NCBI GenBank assembly: GCA_963816355.1
Contig: CAWFKH010000006.1
Coordinates: 32,001 to 96,000, forward strand
DNA: 64,000 nucleotides
Source of the DNA: an uncultured Gemmatimonadales bacterium
GTDB lineage: Bacteria; Gemmatimonadota; Gemmatimonadetes; Longimicrobiales; RSA9
Direction of reading: 5' to 3'
Every line of letters begins with the position of its first letter. Position 1 is the first letter of the stretch. A program made the position numbers and the translations under genes. Below, one piece after another: positions 47,550-55,523 of this stretch. The notes below the pieces were generated by a model. The model did not search any database and had not been told where the DNA came from. It saw only the letters and a list, made by a program, of their open reading frames with translations.

Positions 47550-49871
47550 CTACCCTCCTGGGCGCGGGCCGTTCCGGGCGCCCGCGGGCCGGCTGCCTCC
47601 GTCCGCGGGCCGCGACGCTCCATCCCCGGGCCGCGACGCTCCATCCCCGGGCCGCGCGCCTCCGGCCGCTTCGGGTCCGGTCTCACGTGCGAGAAAGCCC
47701 CACGCGTCGGCCGGGCGGCCGCCGGGCAGCGGCTCGCCGGCGACGCGGGCGGTGCCCTCGTCGGTCCGGAGCAGGACGGGCCGGTCGCACGCCTGCGCCG
47801 ACTGGAGCCGGGCGACGAAGCGGTAGGAGGCGGAGGCCGTCGTCGAGCGGGGATCCCGCTCCGCGACGGTGGCGAGCAGGGCCGGGTAGCATACGCCCGG
47901 GCGCACGTTGTGGAGCGGCGACAGCTCGCGGAGCCACGGCAGCGCGGCGGAGTCCCGCGCCGACCCGAACTCGTCGGTCCAGCCGGAGCCGGGCGCGGAG
48001 CGGTCGTAGCCGAGCAGGTCGAGAAGACCCGAGCGCACGTACGCCGCGGCGAACAGCCCCGGCCGCCGTTCGATCGCGGCGCCGACGAGCAGCCCTCCCG
48101 CCTGCACGCCCATGAGCGCGAGGTGCGTCGAGTCCGTGTAACCGCGCCGGACGAGGTGCTCCGCGGCGGCCACGACGTCGTCGACCGCGTTGCGCTTCCG
48201 CTCGCGCATCCCCGCCTCGTGCCAGGCCTGGCCGTAGTCGCCGCCGCCACGCACCGCCGCCTGCGCGTAGACGCCCCCCATCTCGAGCCACGGCACGATT
48301 TCGGCCACGAACTGCGGGTACACGCTGGTGCCGAACGCGCCGTAGGCATTGAGGGCGGTACGGTTGGACCCGTCCAGCGGCACGTCCTTGCGGCTGCTGA
48401 TGAAGATCGGCACGCGGGTCCCGTCCGCAGAGGTGGCGAACTCCTCGCGCGTCTCGTAGCGGGTGGTGTCGAGCAGGGTCGGTGCGGGTCCCACCGTCTC
48501 GAGCGTGCGGCGATCGAGGTCGTAGCGGTACCACGCCGCCGGCCGCACCGGCGAGGAGAAGCGGAAGAACAACTCGGCGGCGTCCTTGCTGCCGGTCATC
48601 AGGGACGCCGTGCCGATGCCTGGAAGCGCCACCGTGTCGAGCGCTTCGCCGGCCGTGGAGTAGACGACGATGCGGCTCGCGACGTCGTGGTCGTAGAGCG
48701 CCGCGACGCGGCCGCCGACCACGCTCGCTTCCCGCAGCCGCTCCTTGCTCTCCGGAACGACGATGCGCTGCCGCGGGTCCGCGCCCTGGCCGAACGGCAC
48801 CGCGACGACGCGGCCGTTCGGCGCGTCCTTCGTCGTCTGGATCAGCAGCTCGTCGTCGATCTCGCGTAGCCAGATGTAGGTGCCGTCCTCCTTCGTGAGC
48901 AGGGGGCGGATCGCGCCGCCGACGTCCGGGTGCAGCGGGTCTCCCAGGTCGATGTAGGAGATCCGGTTCACGCCCCTCTTGGTGTCCCACAGGTTGAGGA
49001 TCAGGTAGCGCCCGGAAGCCGTGATCCCGGCGCCGACGTACACCTCCGGCCGGTCGTGCTCCGCGTACACCAGACGATCGGCGCTCTGCGGCGTGCCGAC
49101 CACGTGGTAGTACGCTTCGTTGTCCGCGGACGGCGGCTCGGCGTTGCCGCCCGGCACGGGGCGGTCGTACACGAAGCCGCGCCCGTCGCGCGACCACGAA
49201 TAGGACGACGCCCGCTCGACGTCGTGCAACGTGTCCGGCAGATCGCGGCCGGTCCCGAGGTCGAGGAGATGGAAGCTGTTCTCGCCGGTGCGCTGCGAGT
49301 GGAGTTGGTAGACGAGCAGGCGGGCGGCCGGCGACGTGCGGTAGCCGATCAGGCGCGTCGAGTCGTCCGGCCACCGCCGCGTCGCGTCGATCACCGGCAC
49401 CGGCTCGCCGGCGCGCGGCGTCCCCGCATCCCGTGCGCCACCGGCCCGCGCGCCGCCACCGGGCACGATCGCGTACACGACCGCGCGCGAATCGCCCGGC
49501 TGCGACACCGAGTAGTAGACGCGTTCGCCGCCGCGCTTCGGGAAGCCGACGTTCTCGAATGCCGGCAACGCGTCCAGCCGGGCCGCGATGCGCGCCCGCA
49601 GGGGCGAATCGTCCAGGTTGCGTCGTACAAGGCGGTTCTGCGCATCGAGCCACGCCTGCACGTCGGTGCTCGCCGTGTCCGCCAGCCAGCGGTACGGCGC
49701 CGGTACGCGGGTGCCCGCGTAGACCTCGGCGGTGGTGTCGGTGCGGGTCGCGGGTTGGCGCGGCGCCTGGCCGCGCACAGCGGAGGGTGCGCCGGCGAGA
49801 GAAGTTGCCAGGAGCGCGGCGGCGAGCCGCGATCGGCCAGCACGACGTGGCGTGCGGGTCATCGTCGTCAT
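47550..49871 (-). CDS. secreted prolyl oligopeptidase (S9A) homologue, catalytic Ser/His missing
   Basis: 'PYRWL', 'SADGTRVP', 'RGGGDYGQAWH'; nucleophile elbow reads GVQAGG. Confidence 0.85.
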   Translation of the reverse strand: MTTMTRTPRRAGRSRLAAALLATSLAGAPSAVRGQAPRQPATRTDTTAEVYAGTRVPAPYRWLADTASTDVQAWLDAQNRLVRRNLDDSPLRARIAARLDALPAFENVGFPKRGGERVYYSVSQPGDSRAVVYAIVPGGGARAGGARDAGTPRAGEPVPVIDATRRWPDDSTRLIGYRTSPAARLLVYQLHSQRTGENSFHLLDLGTGRDLPDTLHDVERASSYSWSRDGRGFVYDRPVPGGNAEPPSADNEAYYHVVGTPQSADRLVYAEHDRPEVYVGAGITASGRYLILNLWDTKRGVNRISYIDLGDPLHPDVGGAIRPLLTKEDGTYIWLREIDDELLIQTTKDAPNGRVVAVPFGQGADPRQRIVVPESKERLREASVVGGRVAALYDHDVASRIVVYSTAGEALDTVALPGIGTASLMTGSKDAAELFFRFSSPVRPAAWYRYDLDRRTLETVGPAPTLLDTTRYETREEFATSADGTRVPIFISSRKDVPLDGSNRTALNAYGAFGTSVYPQFVAEIVPWLEMGGVYAQAAVRGGGDYGQAWHEAGMRERKRNAVDDVVAAAEHLVRRGYTDSTHLALMGVQAGGLLVGAAIERRPGLFAAAYVRSGLLDLLGYDRSAPGSGWTDEFGSARDSAALPWLRELSPLHNVRPGVCYPALLATVAERDPRSTTASASYRFVARLQSAQACDRPVLLRTDEGTARVAGEPLPGGRPADAWGFLARETGPEAAGGARPGDGASRPGDGASRPADGGSRPAGARNGPRPGG

Positions 49872-50087
49872 CCCCTTCGGAAGGCGGATCGGATCGAGGA
49901 GCGCCCGGAGGCGACCGCGTACCCGGGGGCAACCGGCGTGCCGGCCACGGAGAATCGGACAAACGGTTCATCCGCGGGGAGTTGCGCGGGTGGTCCGGCG
50001 CGCGGCTCGCGGCGGCGATTGTCCGGCCCCGGGACGGAGGCGCCCGCATCCGGACGCGGATGTCGGTTGGGATCGCGGGGTGTCGCG

Positions 50088-50114
50088 GGAACCGTCCTCC
50101 CGCGCTCCCGGTTG
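50088..50114 (+). promoter_or_regulatory. ECF sigma promoter
   Basis: GGAACCGTCCtcccgcgctcCCGGTTG, nearly identical to the site upstream of the sigma gene. Confidence 0.75.
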
Positions 50115-50192
50115 AGCCTCGTGAAGCGCGGAACGGTCCGCGCCGGTCGGAGCGATCGAGCTCCGGTCCCCACGAGAGCGAGGGAGGCGACG

Positions 50193-50645
50193 ATGAGCAT
50201 CAGGATCGGGCGGGCGGTGGCGGCGGGTGTCGCCGGTACGGTGGTGATGACGGTGGTCGGGACTCAGGTGGCGCCGCTGATGGGGATTCCGGCGATGAAC
50301 CCGGCGCGGATGCTGGCGGGGCCGATGGGTGGCAGCCTGGCGCTCGGCTGGATGGCGCACTTCATGATCGGCGTCGTGCTGGCGGTGGGCTACGCCATCG
50401 TCGCGCCACGGCTCGTCGGCCCGCCGGTCGCGCGCGGCGCGCTCTACGGCATCGCGCCGTTCCTGCTCGCGCAGCTCGCCGTCATACCGATGATGGGGAT
50501 GCCGGTCTTCTCCGGCTCGGTGGTGCTGGCGTTCGGCAGCCTCGTCGGTCACATCGTCTACGGTGGCGTGGTCGGCGGTGTCTACGGCGCGGTGCCGTCG
50601 ATCGCGGCGACCGGCGCGCTGCGGCGGGCGGCGGCGAGGGCGTGA
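50193..50645 (+). CDS. 4-TM membrane protein (DUF6789/DUF2938-like)
   Basis: GGAGG RBS; 'AGVAGTVVMT', 'GWMAHF.IG', 'SLVGHIVYG'. Confidence 0.75.
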   Translation: MSIRIGRAVAAGVAGTVVMTVVGTQVAPLMGIPAMNPARMLAGPMGGSLALGWMAHFMIGVVLAVGYAIVAPRLVGPPVARGALYGIAPFLLAQLAVIPMMGMPVFSGSVVLAFGSLVGHIVYGGVVGGVYGAVPSIAATGALRRAAARA

Positions 50646-50745
50646 TTCGATCGCAACGGCGGCCGGGGCGCTCACGCCGCTCGACGGGTGGCGTTCCGGC
50701 CGCCGCTTTCGGCCGGCCCGGCAGGGGCCGGCCCTCGGCGTCGTC

Positions 50746-50775
50746 TTGACGCCTGGCCCATCCGCCGCGTATGGT
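50746..50775 (+). promoter_or_regulatory. sigma70 promoter of leader/ATP-grasp operon
   Basis: TTGACG-N18-TATGGT. Confidence 0.65.
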
Positions 50776-50807
50776 CCCGCCGGCAACGGACCCGTCACCC
50801 GGACACC

Positions 50808-50930
50808 ATGACCCGGACCCACCCGATGGCTCAGGCTCCCGACACCTCCGTCCGCGGCGCGCTCACCTGCGGCTGTCCCTGCTGTTGTATGTCCGGACTC
50901 TCGCACCGCGGGAGGCCGCCGGGAGTGTAG
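50808..50930 (+). CDS. Cys-rich attenuator leader peptide (40 aa; alternative start 50826)
   Basis: MTRTHPMAQAPDTSVRGALTCGCPCCCMSGLSHRGRPPGV; 5 Cys within 7 codons, 3 as TGT. Confidence 0.75.
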   Translation: MTRTHPMAQAPDTSVRGALTCGCPCCCMSGLSHRGRPPGV

Positions 50931-50954
50931 TCGAAGTCTCTTTCGACCGCGTAT

Positions 50955-50990
50955 CCGGGCCCTCTCTCGCGGGAGGGCCCGGTTTTTTTT
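50955..50990 (+). terminator. intrinsic terminator (attenuator 3:4 hairpin)
   Basis: ccgggccctc-loop-gagggcccgg followed by T8, 35 nt before the ATP-grasp ATG. Confidence 0.9.
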
Positions 50991-51024
50991 CGTCCCGTGC
51001 CGCCGCACGAAAGGAGGCCGCGCG

Positions 51025-52038
51025 ATGTCGACCACGAGGGATCGCCCGCTGGCGATCTATTACGAGCACCCGGACTGGTTCCGTCCGCTCTTCGCCGAGC
51101 TGGACCGGCGAGGCGTTGGGTACGAGAAGCTGCGCGCGTCGGAGACGTGGTACGATCCGTCGTCGGCGCCGCCGCCGTACGCGCTCGTCTTCAACCGCAT
51201 GAGCCCGTCGGCCTACCTGCGAGGCGGCGCCCGGCAGATCTTCTTCACCGGCCAGTACCTGACGCACCTGCGCCGCCACGGCGTGCGCGTGGTCAACGGC
51301 CCGGAAGCGTGGCGCACGGAGGTGAGCAAGGCGTACCAGCTCTCGCTGCTGCACGGCCTCCGCCTGCCGTTTCCGCACGCGCGCGTGATCCACGATCCGG
51401 CGACGGCGCCCGCGGCGGCCGAGGGGCTGCGCTTCCCCGTCGTCGTCAAGCCGAACATCGGCGGCAGCGGCGCCGGCGTGGTGAGGTTCGACGACGCCGC
51501 TTCCTTGCGCCGCGCGGCGGAAGCCGGCACGCTGGACCTCGGCCTCGACGACACCGCGCTGGTGCAGGAGTTCATCCCGGCGGCGGGCGGCCGCATCGTG
51601 CGCGTCGAGGTGCTCGACGGCGCCTACCTCTACGCGATCCGCGTCTACACCCCCGGCGACGCGTTCAACCTCTGCCCCGCCGACGTGTGCCAGACGGTGG
51701 ACGGCGTGGCGCTCGAGCGCGCGGCGTGCGCGGCCGACGCTCCAAAGAACGGCCTGCGCGTCGAGGGCTACGAGCCGCCCGCCGACGTCGTCCGCGACGT
51801 GGAGCGGATCGTCGCCGCCGCCGGCATCGAGATCGGCGGCGTCGAGTACATCGTCGACGAGCGCGACGGCCGCCTCTACTACTACGACGTCAACGCGCTC
51901 TCGAACTTCGTGGCGGACGCGCCGCGCGTGATCGGCTTCGACCCGTTCGCGCGGCTGGCGGACTGGCTGGAGCGGGAAGCCGACGTCGCCGTCGCGGGCT
52001 CCCGGCGTGCCGTGGCGCCGGCCGCGGAGGTGGCGTGA
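51025..52038 (+). CDS. ATP-grasp (RimK/glutathione-synthetase-like) protein
   Basis: 'FNRMSPS', 'PVVVKPNIGGSGAGV', 'LVQEFIP', 'YDVNALSNF'. Confidence 0.85.
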   Translation: MSTTRDRPLAIYYEHPDWFRPLFAELDRRGVGYEKLRASETWYDPSSAPPPYALVFNRMSPSAYLRGGARQIFFTGQYLTHLRRHGVRVVNGPEAWRTEVSKAYQLSLLHGLRLPFPHARVIHDPATAPAAAEGLRFPVVVKPNIGGSGAGVVRFDDAASLRRAAEAGTLDLGLDDTALVQEFIPAAGGRIVRVEVLDGAYLYAIRVYTPGDAFNLCPADVCQTVDGVALERAACAADAPKNGLRVEGYEPPADVVRDVERIVAAAGIEIGGVEYIVDERDGRLYYYDVNALSNFVADAPRVIGFDPFARLADWLEREADVAVAGSRRAVAPAAEVA

Positions 52039-53081
52039 TGCGATACGGCTACTGGCTCCCGGTCTTCGGCGGCTGGCTGCGCAACGTCGAGGACGAGGGG
52101 ATGGAGACGAGCTGGGAGTACGTCTCGCGGCTCGCCCAGCGCAGCGAGCGGATCGGCTTCGGCGTCACGCTGCTCGCCGAGCTCAACCTGAACGACATCA
52201 AGGGGATGGACGCGCCGTCGCTCGACGCGTGGAGCACTGCGGCGGCGCTCGCCGCGGTGACCGAGCGGCTCGAGATCATGGTCGCGGTGCGGCCCACCTT
52301 CCACGCGCCCGCGCTGCTCGCGAAGCAGGCGGCGAACATCGACCACATCAGCGGCGGCCGCCTCTCGCTCAACGTCGTCTCCTCCTGGTGGGCGACCGAG
52401 GCGAGGAAGTACGGCGTGGCCTTCGACCACCACGACGAGCGCTACGCGCGCAGCGCCGAATGGATCGATGTCGTCGACGGCATGTGGCGTGAGCCGGTCT
52501 TCAGCCACGAAGGCCGCTTCTACGACGTCGAGGAGGCGATCCTCGAGCCGAAGCCGGTGCAGCGGCCGCGGCCCACGCTGTACGCCGGCGGTGAATCACC
52601 GGCGGGCAAGGCGATGATCGCGAAGAAGTGCGACGCGTGGCTCACGCACGGGGACCCGCCGGACGTCATCGCCGCGAAGGTCGCCGACATGCGCGAGCGG
52701 CGTGCGGCGACGGGTCTGCCGCCACTGCGCTTCGGCGCCGCGGGCTACGCCGTCGTGCGCTCGAGCGAGGCGGAGGTGCGCCGCGAGATCCAGCGCATCA
52801 CCGACGTGCGTCAGAGTGCGCGCGGCTACGCGAACTACCAGGACTGGATCGCCAACACGCAGCTCGAGCAGCGCGTCAGCCTCGAGGATTACTCGGTGTC
52901 GAACCGGGGGTTGCGCAGCGGCCTCGTAGGGACGCCCGAGCAGGTCGCCGAGCGCATCGTCGCCTTCGAGGAGGCCGGCCTCGACCTGCTCCTCCTCCAG
53001 TTCAGCCCCCAGCACGAGGAGATGGAGCGCTTCGCGGAGGAGGTGATGCCGCTCGTCGGCGGCCGCGCGGTCGGCGTGTGA
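52038..53081 (+). CDS. LLM-class FMNH2-dependent monooxygenase (SsuD/SfnG-like)
   Basis: 'YWLPVFGG', 'VAVRP', 'IDHISGGRLSLNVV', 'YAGGES', 'LVGTPEQVAERI'; TGATG coupling. Confidence 0.85.
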   Translation: MRYGYWLPVFGGWLRNVEDEGMETSWEYVSRLAQRSERIGFGVTLLAELNLNDIKGMDAPSLDAWSTAAALAAVTERLEIMVAVRPTFHAPALLAKQAANIDHISGGRLSLNVVSSWWATEARKYGVAFDHHDERYARSAEWIDVVDGMWREPVFSHEGRFYDVEEAILEPKPVQRPRPTLYAGGESPAGKAMIAKKCDAWLTHGDPPDVIAAKVADMRERRAATGLPPLRFGAAGYAVVRSSEAEVRREIQRITDVRQSARGYANYQDWIANTQLEQRVSLEDYSVSNRGLRSGLVGTPEQVAERIVAFEEAGLDLLLLQFSPQHEEMERFAEEVMPLVGGRAVGV

Positions 53082-53112
53082 GCCGGCGCGCGGCCGCCGC
53101 GGTGAACGGGCG

Positions 53113-53745
53113 CTAGCGCCGTGCGGGACCGGAGCAGGCGTCGTAGAGCTGCTGCGCCACCTGCGGCAGCTTGGCGCGCTGCGCGTCGGTGAGCACGTCG
53201 CGCGCCTCCATCGCCGCCTTGAGCATGGCGACGTGTGCCTCGATGCGCTCCTCGCTCAGCTCCTTCAGCGCGTGCTCGTATTCGTCGAGGTCCGGCTCGT
53301 CCTCGCGCAGAGCGGCGATCGCCTTCTGTCGCTGCTCCGCCAGCTCGTCGCGCGACTCCTGAACATCCTCTCCGCGCTCGTGCTGCAGGTGCTCGATGCG
53401 CGAGACCTGGTCGTCGGTGAGGCCCAGCGCCTGTCGCTGCGACAGCAGCGCCTGCGGCGGCACGAACATGGCCATCATCGCCTGGTGGTCCGCCATGGCG
53501 CCGCCGCCCATGGCGCCGCCGCCCATCGCGCCGCCGCCCATGGCGCGGCCGCCGTGCTGGCCGTTGCCGCCCATGCCGCCGCCCATCGGGCCGACCCCGG
53601 GGCCGCCCAGCATCTCCATGTGCATCGCCATGAGCGCCTGGCACTCGGCGGGCGCGCCGCCGCGGCCCATGCCCGGCTGCTGCGCGGACAGCGGTGCCGC
53701 CGCCAGTGCGCCGGCGGCCGTGATTGCGATCGCGAACTTCGTCAT
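53113..53745 (-). CDS. Spy/CpxP-like periplasmic protein, Met/Gly-rich
   Basis: Signal peptide, 'LGLTDDQ' and 'VLTDAQRAK' LTxxQ motifs. Confidence 0.8.
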   Translation of the reverse strand: MTKFAIAITAAGALAAAPLSAQQPGMGRGGAPAECQALMAMHMEMLGGPGVGPMGGGMGGNGQHGGRAMGGGAMGGGAMGGGAMADHQAMMAMFVPPQALLSQRQALGLTDDQVSRIEHLQHERGEDVQESRDELAEQRQKAIAALREDEPDLDEYEHALKELSEERIEAHVAMLKAAMEARDVLTDAQRAKLPQVAQQLYDACSGPARR

Positions 53746-53849
53746 CGTGTCCTCCTCTTTCCGCCGGGACGCTCGTCCCGGTCGCCTTCGGATCAGACGA
53801 CGAGCATGCAAGTCGCGCTCCGCGGCGCGGGTGCGGGCTCCTCCCGCGC

Positions 53850-54833
53850 TCAGTGGTGGCCGCGGACCTCGTGCGGCTGGTACGGCGCTTCGAGCCGCTC
53901 GATCTCGGCGGGCTCCAGCCGCAGCTCGAGCGAGCGGATCGCGGCGTCCAGGTGCGGCAGCTTCGTCGCGCCGACGATCGGCGCGGTGACCGCCGGCTTC
54001 GACAGCAGCCACGCGAGCGACACCTCGGCGGGCGAGACGCCGCGCTCCGTGGCGAGGTTTTCCACCCCCTCGACGATGTCCCAGTCGCCGGGCCCGCCGT
54101 AGAGGCTGTGGCCGTACTCGTCGGTGGCGGCGCGGGGGGTCGACTGGCGGTCGTCGAGGGCGGTACGGGCGCCGGCGAGGAGTCCGCGAGCGAGGGGGGA
54201 CCAGGGGAGGACGGCGAGGCCCTCCGCGCGGCAGAGTGGGATCGTCTCCCTCTCCTCCTCGCGATAGACCAGGTTGTAGTGGTTCTGCATGGAGACGAAG
54301 CGCGCCCAGCCGTTGCGCTCGGAAGCGGCGAGCGCGCGCGCGAGCTGCCACGCCCAGCCGGAGCTGGCGCCGATGTAGCGCACCTTGCCGGCGTGGACGA
54401 GGTGGTCGAACGCGGCGAGCGTCTCCTCGATCGGCGTCTTCGCGTCGAAGCGGTGGATCTGGTAGAGGTCGATCGTCTCGACGCCCAGCCGGCGCAGGCT
54501 CGCCTCGCACGCCTGCACGATGTGCTTGCGCGAGAGACCGGCCATGTTCGGCCCCGGACCCATGCGGTTGAAGACCTTCGTCGCGAGGACGATCTCGTCG
54601 CGCTTCGCGTACTCGCGCAGCGCGCGGCCGGTGATTTCCTCGCTCACGCCGACGGAGTAGATGTCTGCGGTGTCGAAGAAGTTGATCCCCGCTTCGATGG
54701 CGCGGCGGAAGAACGGCCGCGCCGCCTCCTCGTCGAGGACCCATTCCCGCCACTGCGGCGAGCCGTAGCTCATGCAGCCGAGGCAGATGCGGGAGACCGT
54801 GACGCCCGTGGCGCCGAGGGTGGTGTATACCAT
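53850..54833 (-). CDS. aldo/keto reductase
   Basis: 'CLGCMSYG', 'FDTADIY', 'IDLYQIHR', 'QNHYNL.YREEE', 'WSPLARG'. Confidence 0.95.
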   Translation of the reverse strand: MVYTTLGATGVTVSRICLGCMSYGSPQWREWVLDEEAARPFFRRAIEAGINFFDTADIYSVGVSEEITGRALREYAKRDEIVLATKVFNRMGPGPNMAGLSRKHIVQACEASLRRLGVETIDLYQIHRFDAKTPIEETLAAFDHLVHAGKVRYIGASSGWAWQLARALAASERNGWARFVSMQNHYNLVYREEERETIPLCRAEGLAVLPWSPLARGLLAGARTALDDRQSTPRAATDEYGHSLYGGPGDWDIVEGVENLATERGVSPAEVSLAWLLSKPAVTAPIVGATKLPHLDAAIRSLELRLEPAEIERLEAPYQPHEVRGHH

Positions 54834-55523
54834 GGCCGGGATCGTAGGTGAGACCGCTCCGTCGTGGCAACCGCTCGCCGCAGATCGCAGCGCGGACGGG
54901 GGGAGACGAGCGACGAGTATGCGGACCGCGCGGCGGCTCGAGCTCAGGGCCGGTGCGCCGGCTCAGACCGAAGCACGAGGCCGCCCGTGCGGCTCGGCCA
55001 CCCCGCGGGCCACCTGATCACACGTCTCGCGGAGGATCCCTCCTGCAGGGCGAGCAATTTCTCGTAATGGACGTCCGCTCCCAGATCGCCATCCTGTCTT
55101 GTCTCGGAAAGCGAGCAAAATGTCGAGCGCGATGCGGTCGGCGCTCGGCCGTTACGAGATTCTTCCCGGTTTCCGGGAAGAATCCGGATAACGAGGCTGG
55201 AATCGGCGTCGATTACGACTTTCTTCTCGCTGAGCCGCGAGCCGGGACCCTCGGCCGTGCAACGGATCGCGGGCGCGCAGGTGCGTCGCGTGCCGCTCGA
55301 TGCTCGAGCGACCCAAAGCCCACGTAAACACGCGGCGCGGCCAGGAACGCTCGGGCGCCGCACCCGCCGCGCGCTCGACGTTCATCGCACTGACATCGCA
55401 CTGAGCCTCCAGCGAGCACGCCGGCTGCGCGCGGAGGATCGCCCCCTGGCGCGGCCCGCGAGTCCATGGCAACCTTCTTGCCTTCTGCCGCTGTACCCCC
55501 AGGACGGACGGAAACGAAACGCG

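Noticed and set aside
50808..50930. Cys-rich sORF as a RiPP precursor for the ATP-grasp enzyme, or a metallothionein
   Set aside because: Lacks the Asp/Glu plus Ser/Thr/Lys core pattern of graspetides; overlap with alternative hairpins and the upstream position relative to a terminator fit attenuation better (not formally excluded)
55030..55250. Cobalamin or c-di-GMP riboswitch, or 6S RNA
   Set aside because: Conserved core motifs could not be placed on either strand by eye
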